Below, in pieces: positions 1 to 10,840 of a DNA stretch of 64,000 nucleotides (the first letter of the stretch is position 1; each line of letters opens with the position of its first letter). The translations under genes and the position numbers were made by a program. Source of the stretch: an uncultured Pseudobdellovibrionaceae bacterium (GTDB taxonomy: Bacteria > Bdellovibrionota > Bdellovibrionia > Bdellovibrionales > UBA1609); assembly GCA_963803705.1 (NCBI GenBank), contig CAWDNU010000003.1:32001-96000 (forward strand). Reading direction: 5' to 3'. The notes beneath the pieces are model-generated. The model was not told where the DNA came from. It did not search any database and saw nothing but the letters and a program-made list of their open reading frames with translations.

Positions 1-562
1 CATCACCTTGGGGGCCGCCATTATAACCTAGTCCACCTCGTTCTTTGAGCTTAATTTTTTGTCCAGTTCTAATTCCTGCAGGAATCTTAGCCTCTATTTT
101 TTGTCCTGTAGGTAGTGTAAAAGTTTTAATAGCACCTAAGACAGCTTCTCTAAATTCTATTTCCATTTTATAAATTTGGTCATCTCCTCGCATTGATCTA
201 TTCTGGTAGGATTGTTGTCTGAATAAATCTTCAAAATTGAAATCACCGAAATTTTCCTTGAACATATCTTGATACCTACTTTGGTTGTTTGACTGTGTCT
301 GGGAGTAAGAAGGTCCCGCAGCATAGCCTTGTGAATTCTCAAAATAGTCGCCATTATCAAACTTTTTTCTCTTTTCAGTATTTCCAAGTACTTCGTAGGC
401 TTCGCTAACTTCTTTAAATTTTTCTTCTGCAACCGTGTTGTTAGGATTTAAATCAGGATGATATTTTCGAGCTAAATTACGATATGATTTTTTTACATCA
501 TCGTTTGTCGCATTTTTGCTTAAATTCAAAGTCTTATAAAAGTCTTTCTTTTGTGCTGCCAT
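1..562 (-). CDS. DnaJ-class (CbpA-like) chaperone, runs off the window edge
   Basis: Manual translation from ATG at 562: [40 protein letters not shown]...[15 protein letters not shown] (J-domain with HPD), then the C-terminal domain ([14 protein letters not shown]...GGPQGD) with no Zn finger. Missed by the ORF track. Confidence 0.92.
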   Translation of the reverse strand, partial: MAAQKKDFYKTLNLSKNATNDDVKKSYRNLARKYHPDLNPNNTVAEEKFKEVSEAYEVLGNTEKRKKFDNGDYFENSQGYAAGPSYSQTQSNNQSRYQDMFKENFGDFNFEDLFRQQSYQNRSMRGDDQIYKMEIEFREAVLGAIKTFTLPTGQKIEAKIPAGIRTGQKIKLKERGGLGYNGGPQGD

Positions 563-912
563 TTTGGTTCCTATAGAGAGTCAATTGATGGGCGACAACT
601 AGCATCTTTATTCCCAAATTGACAGGTTTAGATTTTAGCAAGTTATAGTTACAGATACTATTAACTTAGTAAAATTCTAACTTGCAATTCTTACAATTTT
701 AATATTAGCAAACAAATTCCTAAAATATTAAAATTAGCAAACCGCATTAAAATTTAGTCAAAACCTGCAATAAAATAGACTCTATTATTTGTAATCACTC
801 ACCTACGTTCTAAGATATAGTTTGATTAATATGAGTAATCAAATAAAATGTTGTTATAGTTCAGCTGATTATTTATCGAAGTATTAATTTTTAGGTGTTA
901 CTGGAGGTGCTA

Positions 913-2037
913 TTGGATTTAAAGAAACTAAAACTATTCATCATTATTACGATTCTGGGATATTTTATTGTGGCTCAATCGGCCACCGATAAGTGGTCTC
1001 AAAAGATGGTAAGCTTTGTTGCACCTGTTATTCAGATTTATTCCTTGGACTTAAACAAAGAGGTTTATTCAAAAAAAGAGAAAGCTGTTTTAAGTAAAGC
1101 TGTAAAAGATCTACAGAGTAACAGCCACAGTCTTAAATTTTCGTCTATGGATTTTTTTTCAAAAAAAGATCCTGTCATAAAAGCAGAATATCTGCAGTTT
1201 AAAAACAATCTGGATATGGCGGAAAAAGCTTTAGCGTTTTCAACTAGGCAAAGTGTTAATTATGTAAGGGGTGCTATTGGACAATGTGCTGCTTGTCATT
1301 CTAATGGCGGTAAATCCACACATCTTTTTGAACCATTTAGAAACTCAAAAATATCTGATTTCGAGAAAGGTCGACTTGCCCTTGCACTAAGGGATTATCA
1401 ATCTTCAGCGGATATTTATAGATCAATTTTGCTGAACAAAGATCTACATGGGAATTATTTTAAAATTAATGACTTGGTTGTATCATATTTGAATGTTTCG
1501 ATTTTAAGTGAACGAGATAATACTAAAATAATCATTGATCTGAAAAAGATCATTGAAGAATCAAAAAATCCAGCCATCCAAAAAGATTTGAATGAAAAAA
1601 TTAAAGATGTTTCAGCCAACGTTAAAATACCGAATTACAAAGTTGCTATACAGAAATATAAAAAAATTCCGCAAAATTTTTCCGCCTTAGATAAAAAGAT
1701 TTTTACAGCTTTGAAAGTTAAAAATAAATTGCATGAGGAACTAAGGGGTATAAAATCAAAGAGTGATCGCGCCGATGTTTACTCTGTACTAGGAGACATT
1801 TATAGTAACTACAAAGAACTTTCAATCTTTATGGTTCCTGAAGCTTACTACGAGCTGTGCATTAAAGAGGTTCCAAAAACTGCAAAATCCCAGAAATGTT
1901 TTAAAAAATACAGTTCTCAAATAACGTTTGGCTATTCAGGCAGTATGGGCACAAACATACCTGCTTACGAGACTGAAAAGATTAACAAGTTAAAAGCGAT
2001 TGCATTCGAAAATCAAAACAAGAATAAGAAGCTTTAA
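913..2037 (+). CDS. Exported protein with a single c-type heme motif
   Basis: GGAGG at 903 precedes TTG at 913; signal-like N-terminus; CAACH motif; helical C-terminal part. Confidence 0.6.
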   Translation: MDLKKLKLFIIITILGYFIVAQSATDKWSQKMVSFVAPVIQIYSLDLNKEVYSKKEKAVLSKAVKDLQSNSHSLKFSSMDFFSKKDPVIKAEYLQFKNNLDMAEKALAFSTRQSVNYVRGAIGQCAACHSNGGKSTHLFEPFRNSKISDFEKGRLALALRDYQSSADIYRSILLNKDLHGNYFKINDLVVSYLNVSILSERDNTKIIIDLKKIIEESKNPAIQKDLNEKIKDVSANVKIPNYKVAIQKYKKIPQNFSALDKKIFTALKVKNKLHEELRGIKSKSDRADVYSVLGDIYSNYKELSIFMVPEAYYELCIKEVPKTAKSQKCFKKYSSQITFGYSGSMGTNIPAYETEKINKLKAIAFENQNKNKKL

Positions 2038-2288
2038 TTTTTCCAATGCTGTTAGAAAATGTTTAGCTAGCTAGCTGGCTGGCCTTTAAGGATTGCAAGG
2101 TCGAAAAAGCGTCTAAGATTTGGCTGAAATGTGACTTCGGTCAACACCAAACTTTTTAAGCTGCTCGATTCCTAACAATTACAAAGAATTACTAAGCCAA
2201 GCAGGAATACTTATTTGTTTTTTTAAAGTATATATAATAACTATTCTACATGATCAGCGTTTTAAAATGATTTTATAAGGAGGGTATT

Positions 2289-3734
2289 ATGAAACCAAGA
2301 ATTACGGTTGCCTATGGAGACGGTATCGGGCCGGAAATAATGAAAGCTACTTTAAGTATTCTTGAAGCAGCTGGCGCAGAATTTGATACAGATGTGATTG
2401 AAATCGGGGAAAAAGTTTACAAAGACGGACACTCCTCAGGTATCCGACCGGAAGATTGGGAGACCATAGCTAAAAACAAGGTTTTGCTTAAAGCGCCCAT
2501 AACCACACCCCAAGGTGGTGGTTATAAAAGTCTTAACGTGACTTTGCGAAAGACGCTTGGTCTATTTGCGAACGTAAGACCTGTAACATCACTTCATCCT
2601 TTTGTAAAAACAAAGCACCCTGTCATGGACATAGTTATAGTAAGAGAAAACGAAGAAGATCTATATGCCGGTATTGAGCACAGACAAACCCCAGAAGTCT
2701 ATCAATGTCTAAAACTTGTTAGCCAACCCGGTTGCGAGAAAATTATTCGTTACGCTTTTGAATATGCCAAGACTAGAGGACGAAAAAAAGTCACTTGCAT
2801 GTCTAAAGATAACATTATGAAACTGACTGACGGAATTTTTCATAAAACTTTTGATAAAATTGCTAAAGAGTATTCGGATATTCAGACGGATCACTGGATT
2901 ATTGATATAGGTGCAGCAAAACTTGCCAGTTCGCCAGAAAACTTTGACGTCGTTGTTACTCTTAATCTGTACGGTGATATCATTAGCGACATAGTGGCAG
3001 AAACTTCTGGGTCGGTAGGACTGGCTGGGTCTAGTAATATCGGCTCGAACTGTGCCATGTTCGAAGCCATACACGGCTCGGCACCAATGATTGCGGGACA
3101 ATCCATCGCAAATCCCAGCGGAATTTTACTTGCTGCTACCCAGATGTTGAATCACCTTGGCCAAGGTGAAGTGGGTGCTCGTATTGAAAATGCATGGCTA
3201 AAGACAATAGAAGATGGTGTTGCCACTGTAGATATTTTTTCTGAAGGTGTATCGAGTAAAAAAGTGAAAACCCAGGAGTTTGCAGCCGAAGTGATAAAAC
3301 GCTTAGGCGAAACCCCCGTCCAGCTTAAAAGAAAAGAAGGCCACAATTTACAGATTGACACTTCAAAGTTCACTTCGAGTCCTACGAACATAAAAAGAGA
3401 GCTTCAAGGTATAGATGTGTTTTTATATAATGAGGATAGAAATCCTAATCATATCGGCGAAGGGTTAATTGAAGTTGCCAAATCCACTGCAATGAAACTT
3501 CAGATGATAACAAATAGAGGCATTAAGGTTTTTCCTGATGGAAACCCTGAAACTTTTTGTACGGACCACTGGAGATGTCGTTTCGAACCAGCTGATGGAA
3601 GTGATTTAGTAGACCACAAAGATTTATGGAAGCTTTTAAGTTCAATCACAGAGGCCAACTTAGAAGTTATTAAAACCGAACTTCTATATAGCTTTGACGG
3701 GGAAAAAGGGTATTCGTTGGGACAAGGTCAGTAG
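2289..3734 (+). CDS. icd: NADP-dependent isocitrate dehydrogenase
   Basis: GDGIGPEI, KAPITTPQGGGYKSLNVTLRK, RENEEDLYAGIEH, NLYGDIISD, FEAIHGSAP; C-terminal YSLGQGQ extension. Confidence 0.96.
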   Translation: MKPRITVAYGDGIGPEIMKATLSILEAAGAEFDTDVIEIGEKVYKDGHSSGIRPEDWETIAKNKVLLKAPITTPQGGGYKSLNVTLRKTLGLFANVRPVTSLHPFVKTKHPVMDIVIVRENEEDLYAGIEHRQTPEVYQCLKLVSQPGCEKIIRYAFEYAKTRGRKKVTCMSKDNIMKLTDGIFHKTFDKIAKEYSDIQTDHWIIDIGAAKLASSPENFDVVVTLNLYGDIISDIVAETSGSVGLAGSSNIGSNCAMFEAIHGSAPMIAGQSIANPSGILLAATQMLNHLGQGEVGARIENAWLKTIEDGVATVDIFSEGVSSKKVKTQEFAAEVIKRLGETPVQLKRKEGHNLQIDTSKFTSSPTNIKRELQGIDVFLYNEDRNPNHIGEGLIEVAKSTAMKLQMITNRGIKVFPDGNPETFCTDHWRCRFEPADGSDLVDHKDLWKLLSSITEANLEVIKTELLYSFDGEKGYSLGQGQ

Positions 3735-3819
3735 TCTACTTGTAAAGCAGATGATACCAGCTTTCTTTATGAAGCTTGAACCTTGGAGAATCAAAACTTT
3801 ATGAGTAAGATCATAAGCT

Positions 3820-4461
3820 ATGAGATCTATCCTAATCTTGCTTTCTTCCTTTTCCTTTTCCTTTTCCTTTTGCTTAAGCGCAGAAGGCACAGTGGTAACC
3901 GACAGAAATGTAGACCAAGTTCAGAAAATTATTATCTTGGGTGATTCCCTAACAGAGGGCTACGGTATTGAAAAAAGCCAAGCTTTTCCTGCGAAACTTG
4001 AACAGCTACTGAATAAAAAGACTGGTAAATACAGTGTTTTAGCTGCTGGTACAAGTGGCTCGACTTCAGCAAGTGGTTACAAAAGACTTAAGTGGCACCT
4101 GCGTGCCAAACCTCAAGTTTTAATTCTTGCATTAGGTGGTAACGACGCACTACGTGGCGTAAAGCCCCTAACCACTAAAAAAAATCTGGCTAAGGTTATT
4201 AGGCTAGCTAAAAAGAATGGCCTCAAAGTTTTTCTGGCAGGTATGAAGACACCTACAAATTATGGTAATTCTTTTGGCAAAGATTTTGAAAAAATTTTTA
4301 AGGAGTTGGCCCTTGAATATCAAATTGGTCTTATCCCGTTTCTATTACAGGATGTAGGTGGGGTTGCAAAGTACAACTTACAAGATGGCATTCATCCTAA
4401 TGAAACGGGGCACTCGATAATTGCGAAAAACTTGTTCAATCAACTGAAGGACAAGCTGTGA
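3820..4461 (+). CDS. tesA: Arylesterase/acyl-CoA thioesterase I (SGNH/GDSL)
   Basis: GDSLTEGYG, LGGND, DGIHP; next to ybbA/ybbP-like genes. Confidence 0.88.
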   Translation: MRSILILLSSFSFSFSFCLSAEGTVVTDRNVDQVQKIIILGDSLTEGYGIEKSQAFPAKLEQLLNKKTGKYSVLAAGTSGSTSASGYKRLKWHLRAKPQVLILALGGNDALRGVKPLTTKKNLAKVIRLAKKNGLKVFLAGMKTPTNYGNSFGKDFEKIFKELALEYQIGLIPFLLQDVGGVAKYNLQDGIHPNETGHSIIAKNLFNQLKDKL

Positions 4462-5135
4462 TTTTAGAGGTCAAAAATCTAAAGAAAACTTTTTTTCAGG
4501 GCACTGTCAAAGTTCAAGCTATTAAGGGAGTTAGTTTTTCAATTGAAAAAGGAGAATCGCTATCCATAACTGGCCCCTCGGGCAGTGGCAAATCAACTTT
4601 GCTGTCGCTTTTGTCAGGACTAGATATCCCCACTGAAGGAAGCGTAATCATCGATGGTGTTCACGTGAAAAATCTTTCTGAAAAGAAACTAGCCACATTT
4701 AGATCAAAAAAAATTGGTATTGTTTTTCAGCAATTTCACCTGATGCCACATCTTACGGCCTTAGAAAATGTGTCCCTGCCTTTAGAAATCTCCAGGAAGG
4801 GATCTGCGTTGGATGAAGCCAAGAACATTTTAGATGGTGTTGGTCTGGGTGATAGAATAAATCATTTGCCTCATGAGCTGAGCGGTGGGGAAAAACAACG
4901 GGTTGCTATAGCAAGGGCTCTAGTCACCAAGCCAAAAATTTTACTAGCTGATGAACCAAGTGGTAACCTGGATTCTGAAACAGGGGACAAAGTTATGGAT
5001 CTGCTTTTCAAGATTTGTGAATCCAACAGCATTTCCTTAATTTTGATTACCCATGATAAGGATCTGGCTAGCAAATGTGATCTTACACTTAATTTAAAAG
5101 ATGGCCTTCTAGATTCTGGTTTAGCAGCAGAATAG
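4458..5135 (+). CDS. ABC transporter ATP-binding protein (YbbA/LolD-like)
   Basis: GPSGSGKS, LSGGEKQRVAIARAL, ADEPSGNLD. Confidence 0.93.
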   Translation: MILEVKNLKKTFFQGTVKVQAIKGVSFSIEKGESLSITGPSGSGKSTLLSLLSGLDIPTEGSVIIDGVHVKNLSEKKLATFRSKKIGIVFQQFHLMPHLTALENVSLPLEISRKGSALDEAKNILDGVGLGDRINHLPHELSGGEKQRVAIARALVTKPKILLADEPSGNLDSETGDKVMDLLFKICESNSISLILITHDKDLASKCDLTLNLKDGLLDSGLAAE

Positions 5136-5144
5136 GGACGCTAA

Positions 5145-7700
5145 TTGGGTATATTTAAATACATCTTTAAAGAGCTTTTGAATAACAAACAATTTTGTAT
5201 CTTGTTTGTTATTAACCTGTCTATTGGTCTAACTGGTCTTATATCAATAGAAGGCTTTAAGTCTTCGCTTAATAATACTATCTCAGAACAATCTAAAAGT
5301 CTGTTAGGGGCAGATGTCGGCATGTCGGCAAGGCGACCTATTACCGACCAAGAGATTAAAGTTTTAGAAGCAGAGATAAAAAAAAGTAACTTCCAATTTG
5401 CACAGATGATCGAGGTTTTTTCCATGGTCAAAAGTGAAAACAATAGATCCAGATTAATGCAAATTCGGGCTATTGACGGAAATTATCCTTTTTACGGAGA
5501 GTTCAAGTTACGTCAAAAAACCACAAAGACATTTAAAAAAAATTATAAAGAAAGACCATTGGTACTTGTTCATCCAGAGGTTTTAGATCAGTTGGGTGCA
5601 AAAATCGGTCAAACTATCAAAATTGGTGCTAAGGCATTCACTATTTCTAACGTGGTAGAGCAAGACTCTGCATCTGGAGTGTCTTCGTCCGTGGCACCAC
5701 GAATTTATATGCACTTACAGAATTTAAGTAAAACAAAGCTACTGAAATTTGGAAGCCTTGCTTGGTACAGTCAACTTTACAAAATTCCCCATATGTCTGA
5801 CAGTGCTTTAGAGGAACTTAGCGATTCTTTGTTTGAAAAGCTAGATAGTCCCGAACTACAAATATATACCCACAAAAGAGCTAGTGAACAGCTGTCGGCT
5901 CTGGTTTCAAGACTCAATGACTTTTTAGGACTTAATTCTATAGTCGCGCTGTTCCTGTCATTTATTGGCGGGTTCTTTTTAGTTAGGTCTTATTTTTTTT
6001 CTAAGTTCAACCAAATCGCAATCCTAATAAGCTTAGGCCTTTCACCTGCGTTATCATTTTTATTTTACATATTTCAAATTTTAATTCTTGGTCTGTGTAG
6101 CTCTATTTTAGCATCTATTTTATCTTTATTTGTTGTCCCTGTTCTTGGTAAATTGTCCGAAGGACTTTTGCCATTCACTATTAATTTTTCAATTGATCCC
6201 ATAACTTTCATATATGGACTTATTGTTGGTGTTGCTGGGTCGGCATTGATCTGTTTACCATTGATAGTCAAATTAAAAAAAACCAAACCTTTGCTACTGC
6301 TAAGCAACCAACTTGAATCCTCTAAAAATTCAGTTGATTTACTTATGCAAATACTTTGGTCCGTGCCAGCGCTATTACTTTTCTATTTTTTAAGTGTAAG
6401 ACTTTCAAACTCTATTCAGGTAGGAAGCTACTTTATTTTAATTGTTTTATCTGCATCAGTAATTTTAGCTGGTTTATCTTCGGCTATTTTTCGTGAGCCA
6501 AAAAATCGAACTTACATAAGTCTTTTCTGGGCATTAAGAGAGATAAAACGAAACAGAAAAATAACTTTGATTTCGTTCATCGCAATAGGTATCGGAAGTC
6601 TACTACTGAATCTTACGCCACAGATCAGTGCTATTGTTAAGAAAGATCTAGTGTCACCAGATCAAAAAGCACTGCCCACATTTTTTATGTTCGACATCCA
6701 AGAAGAACAAGTGGGCGAACTTAAAAACATTGCAACTACCGAAGGAGCTAAGATTAACAACTTGTCACCTGTGATCAGAGCCAGATTAAGCAAAGTAAAT
6801 GAATTAGATTTTGGAAAGGGCATTGAGCTAAATAGCTCTAAGAATTTAACCAGAGAGCAACAGCGTGAACTTAGATTTAAAAACAGAGGGTTTAATTTAT
6901 CTTACCGAGACAGACTAGATAGTTCGGAGTCAATCTTTAAGGGCCAAAATTTTTCAGGCTTTTACGATGAGACAACTGAAATACTACCCGAGATTTCAGT
7001 TGAAAGACGTTTCGCCAAAAGGTTAGAACTAAAAATCGGTGATACTCTTGATTTCGAAATAGATGGACTACCTTTTTCTGGTCGTGTGATCAATTTAAGA
7101 TCCGTAAAATGGTCTTCGTTTCAGCCTAACTTTTTTCTACAGTTTCAGCCAGGTTCTTTGGATATGGCTCCCAAAACTTTCGTTGCTTCAATCAATACAG
7201 ATAGCTACAAAATAAAAATGTCACTTCAAAATACAATTGTCGAGCAACTGCCTAATGTCTCAATCGTTGATGTTTCCAAAGTTGTAACAAAAATTATAGA
7301 GATCATGACTCAGATGGTATTAGCTATACAATTTATGTCGATAATCTGTATTTTAGTAGGCTTCATTGTTATTTATTCAGTGGCAAATCACCTGGCTGTA
7401 TTAAAAAAACAAGATATTGGTCTTCTAAAGGCAGTCGGTGTGCCGCTCGCAATGATTAGAAATCAATTTCTATTTCAATTTGGTATTATCGCTTTAGTTG
7501 CCGCTTCATTCGGGGTTTGTCTGAGCCTTTTAGCAAGTCTAAGCATTAGTTACTTTGTCTTTCAGACTAAATGGGTTGTATCATGGCCAGTGCCGGTTGC
7601 ATCAACCTTAGGTGTAGTTGGATTTAGTATTTTAGTGACCTATCTTGGAGTCCGAAAAAGTTTGAACACCAAAGCATTAAAGCTTCTAAATTTAAGTTAA
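5145..7700 (+). CDS. ABC transporter permease (YbbP/FtsX-like)
   Basis: LLGADV, YPFYG, RSVKWSSFQPNFF; two TM clusters; operon with tesA and the ATPase. Confidence 0.9.
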   Translation: MGIFKYIFKELLNNKQFCILFVINLSIGLTGLISIEGFKSSLNNTISEQSKSLLGADVGMSARRPITDQEIKVLEAEIKKSNFQFAQMIEVFSMVKSENNRSRLMQIRAIDGNYPFYGEFKLRQKTTKTFKKNYKERPLVLVHPEVLDQLGAKIGQTIKIGAKAFTISNVVEQDSASGVSSSVAPRIYMHLQNLSKTKLLKFGSLAWYSQLYKIPHMSDSALEELSDSLFEKLDSPELQIYTHKRASEQLSALVSRLNDFLGLNSIVALFLSFIGGFFLVRSYFFSKFNQIAILISLGLSPALSFLFYIFQILILGLCSSILASILSLFVVPVLGKLSEGLLPFTINFSIDPITFIYGLIVGVAGSALICLPLIVKLKKTKPLLLLSNQLESSKNSVDLLMQILWSVPALLLFYFLSVRLSNSIQVGSYFILIVLSASVILAGLSSAIFREPKNRTYISLFWALREIKRNRKITLISFIAIGIGSLLLNLTPQISAIVKKDLVSPDQKALPTFFMFDIQEEQVGELKNIATTEGAKINNLSPVIRARLSKVNELDFGKGIELNSSKNLTREQQRELRFKNRGFNLSYRDRLDSSESIFKGQNFSGFYDETTEILPEISVERRFAKRLELKIGDTLDFEIDGLPFSGRVINLRSVKWSSFQPNFFLQFQPGSLDMAPKTFVASINTDSYKIKMSLQNTIVEQLPNVSIVDVSKVVTKIIEIMTQMVLAIQFMSIICILVGFIVIYSVANHLAVLKKQDIGLLKAVGVPLAMIRNQFLFQFGIIALVAASFGVCLSLLASLSISYFVFQTKWVVSWPVPVASTLGVVGFSILVTYLGVRKSLNTKALKLLNLS

Positions 7701-7925
7701 ATTTAAGCAAAATTTAAGTAAAGTCTAAGTTGAATTTAAAATCGTCTATTTTCAGTTATCAAGCTATCAACTTAAAGGTAGCCCTTTGCAAATCATTAAA
7801 TAAGTCACTAGCTATCATATTTAGGTTAAGAAACCTCTGTGACACATAAAGCAATCCATTTTAAATTTCCAAAAGGCTTTCAATTCAACTAGCCTTAGGT
7901 CAAGGGATTTTAAAAGGGGGATAAT

Positions 7926-9491
7926 ATGAAATTAGTTTATATGGTTTGGATAGTTTTTGTCTTCGTTGGCTGCGAGCAGAAAAGTAAGAACCGAACACCC
8001 ACCATCAATCCTTCACGACTCAAAGCTGTAGGTCCTGCCGATGAGCTACAAATAGCATTAGGTAGGGTTCTAGATGCTAGCGCCCCCAAACTTAACCCAG
8101 CTACAGCCTGCCCCCGCGAGGTTACTGATTACTTAGGCTCTATATCTGCAGAGTGTGGCGCACTTCGCGTACCTACGGATCACAGAGCGATAACTTCAAA
8201 ATCTGTGGGTGTGGGTTATATGAAAATCCCCCAAACTTATGACCCTGCAAAGCCACTTTTAGTCATCGAACAAGGTGGGCCAGGTGGGTCCTCTATTATG
8301 CTAGCAGCTGCATATGTGATGATTAATGATGATTTAGTTGAAGAGTTCAATATCCTTGCCGTCGAGCAACGGGGTACTCTTTGGACATATCCTAATGCTA
8401 CTTGTGAAACTGTTGTCGACATCGAAATCAAAGTATTAGAAAAAAACTTAGACGCAGCTGCAGGTCAACTAGCTATTGACGAGGCAAACAAGAAATGTTT
8501 GAAAAGAACTTCTCAGATAATGGATATTTCAAAAATTTCAACTTATCAGATTGCAAAAGATATAGTGTACGCAGCAGGCGAGTTAGGATTTGATGTTTTT
8601 AATTTTTACGGCGTCTCCTACGGCACAGTTGTAGGGCAGTACCTTATAGAATATTCTGACCAACATGTGGCCAACATCGTTTTAGACTCACCAGCTGTGG
8701 TCGGAAAGTTGTGGATGAATGACGCCATGGAAAATATGGATTCCTTGGCTGAAGCTAGATTTGATTCTTACAGACAAATGTATTTGTCTAACATGACCCT
8801 ATCTGAAGCAATTGACCATTTCAAAAGTGCTTCGCAGGTGTTTGAAATATCCCCAATAAGCGCATCTGTTCCTCACCCTAATGGTGATTTCAGTTTAGTG
8901 GTGGATGCTGATTTTTTTCTAGATTTGGTATTTCAAATGTTGGTTGTTTATTCAGAAGACAGCATTGCAAAAATGTTGATGGACGCCGCCGAAACAGCAA
9001 AAACCGATCAGCAACAGGCAAAACTCGTCTTCGAATTTTTGTTGCCTCAGTTACAGTTAACTGGACAAAGCAACACCTCGATCATGTATCAAAGTATCGT
9101 GTGCCGGGAGTTTTCTTTTGCAGACCTTAACTTTAAGGGCTCTTCAGAAAATTGGACTTTTTTGCCTAAACTTTTAAGCCCAGAGACTTTGGATAAATTG
9201 GTAGCGGAAGCCAGTCCTTGCACTTTAAATCTTCCTAAAACTGACCAAGATGTAATCTTAAAAAGCCCTATTGCGAGTGATAAAAAGGTTCTAGTTGTTG
9301 GCGGCGAATTCGACTACGTCACCAATCCTCGCTATGTTTCGGAAGTTGCGGCTAACATGCCAAATGCATTTACCGATATTTTTAAAGGTGCATCTCATGG
9401 AGTATACACTGCTCAAGAGTGTATCACTGAAAGTATAAACGACTATTTACTTAGCCCAACAGCAGCTTATTCGAATTTGTGCTCACAATGA
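7926..9491 (+). CDS. Alpha/beta hydrolase lipoprotein (TAP-like peptidase family)
   Basis: Lipobox FVGC, GGPGGS, GVSYGT nucleophile, FDYVT, SHG. Confidence 0.85.
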   Translation: MKLVYMVWIVFVFVGCEQKSKNRTPTINPSRLKAVGPADELQIALGRVLDASAPKLNPATACPREVTDYLGSISAECGALRVPTDHRAITSKSVGVGYMKIPQTYDPAKPLLVIEQGGPGGSSIMLAAAYVMINDDLVEEFNILAVEQRGTLWTYPNATCETVVDIEIKVLEKNLDAAAGQLAIDEANKKCLKRTSQIMDISKISTYQIAKDIVYAAGELGFDVFNFYGVSYGTVVGQYLIEYSDQHVANIVLDSPAVVGKLWMNDAMENMDSLAEARFDSYRQMYLSNMTLSEAIDHFKSASQVFEISPISASVPHPNGDFSLVVDADFFLDLVFQMLVVYSEDSIAKMLMDAAETAKTDQQQAKLVFEFLLPQLQLTGQSNTSIMYQSIVCREFSFADLNFKGSSENWTFLPKLLSPETLDKLVAEASPCTLNLPKTDQDVILKSPIASDKKVLVVGGEFDYVTNPRYVSEVAANMPNAFTDIFKGASHGVYTAQECITESINDYLLSPTAAYSNLCSQ

Positions 9492-9532
9492 TATTTATAA
9501 ACTTTTTTATAACGTCTTATTAATGTTAACTG

Positions 9533-10777
9533 ATGCACTCAAAAATTAAGAATACACAACCATTAAGTTTATTTTTTTTATTATACTTTTTTGAAGGCGC
9601 CCCGATGGGTCTGATCTGGTGGACTATTCCAGCCATATTAGCATCCCAAGGTTTTAGCGTTGAAGAGATCGCAACGCTTGCAGCTACGGCTACTATTCCC
9701 TGGTCAATTAAGTTTATTTTGGGTCCAGTAACAGATAGATATGTCACCTCAGTTAGACAGCATGCTTGGACTATTGCGGTTTTACAAATCGGTATGGCAC
9801 TAGGAATTACAAGTTTACTGATCGTTTCGATGGAAAGCTCACTAGTTCTTTGGTGTGTGCTCTTAATCTCTGTTTTTAGTGCTTCGCAAGATGTTGTAAT
9901 AGATGCATGGGCTATTGCATCCATACCTGCAGATCAAAAAGGTAAGGCAAACGGTGCTATGCAAGCCGGGATGTTAACTGGCAGGTGGCTTTTTGGGGCA
10001 GGTCTTTTGGTCGCATTAGCTTATATTGAATACGACCAAGCGCTCTATATTTTGATTGGGCTAACTACATTGTCCATCTGTTTTCTTTTTATAAACTTTA
10101 GAAGTCAGGCACAGGTTATTTCACCTACTAAAAATACGCTAAGCTTTAAATCTTTTAAATTTATTATTGAAAAAAAGTATATTATTCTGGCCTTTGTTGC
10201 ACTAACTACTGGCTTCACGTTAGAAGGATTTACATCTGTAATTAGCCCTTTTTTAATCAATTATGGTCTTGATATAGGCCAAACTGGTTGGGTGCTGTCT
10301 TTGACGTTACTTGCGATGCTTACTGGTTCTGTGGGCGGTGGTCTAGTAGTTGATTGGGTAGGTGATACCTTCAGTTTTTATTTATCTGGACTTCTACTTG
10401 CTGCTTCGGTGCTATTGGCTGGATTAGCGTTTAATCTTTCGGTTGTTTTCTTTGTAATTTCAGTACTTTCTTCTTACGTTTTTGTAGGCTTTTTTACAGC
10501 CAGTTCATACACCTACTACATGAACAAAAGTAAGGGGCATATGGAGGCCAGTAAATTTACGTTCCTGATGGCCATAACAAACTTATGTGAGGTCGTGGCG
10601 GTCTTCAGTATGGGGAAAATGATCACTCAATTGGATTTGACCTACTTCACCAGTTTTTTAGTGTGCACGGCGATCGGTCTAATGGGTTTATTACTTGTTA
10701 AAAATCAAAACTCCAAACAGGAACGCTTAGACTTTATGTCCGGACTAAACAAGTCTGGTCACATAGGCGAACCTTAA
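9533..10777 (+). CDS. MFS transporter (AmpG/RhtX-like)
   Basis: PWSIKFILGPVTD, ASQDVVIDAWAI; about 12 TM segments. Confidence 0.85.
   Translation: MHSKIKNTQPLSLFFLLYFFEGAPMGLIWWTIPAILASQGFSVEEIATLAATATIPWSIKFILGPVTDRYVTSVRQHAWTIAVLQIGMALGITSLLIVSMESSLVLWCVLLISVFSASQDVVIDAWAIASIPADQKGKANGAMQAGMLTGRWLFGAGLLVALAYIEYDQALYILIGLTTLSICFLFINFRSQAQVISPTKNTLSFKSFKFIIEKKYIILAFVALTTGFTLEGFTSVISPFLINYGLDIGQTGWVLSLTLLAMLTGSVGGGLVVDWVGDTFSFYLSGLLLAASVLLAGLAFNLSVVFFVISVLSSYVFVGFFTASSYTYYMNKSKGHMEASKFTFLMAITNLCEVVAVFSMGKMITQLDLTYFTSFLVCTAIGLMGLLLVKNQNSKQERLDFMSGLNKSGHIGEP
10481..10693 (+). repeat. 213-bp direct repeat copy 1 (3' part of the MFS gene)
   Basis: Identical by eye to 15460-15672. Confidence 0.95.
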
Positions 10778-10840
10778 AAAATTGAACTCACTAAAACCAT
10801 AGCCTTAAAACAAACCCAAGCTTGCAGACACCTCCATCTT

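Noticed and set aside
157..432. 91-aa ORF in the track
   Set aside because: Alternate frame inside the dnaJ-like gene (1-562)
620..780. TTAGCAA repeats upstream of the dnaJ-like gene as a CIRCE element
   Set aside because: No TTAGCACTC-N9-GAGTGCTAA inverted repeat
2709..3890. Minus-strand ORFs over icd/tesA, and similar shadow ORFs elsewhere (e.g. 9526, 16620, 32550, 41475, 46936, 55503, 60450)
   Set aside because: Antisense or alternate-frame overlaps of well-supported genes
7688..7740. AT-rich (A)TTTAAG repeats after the permease gene
   Set aside because: Low-complexity sequence with no supportable function
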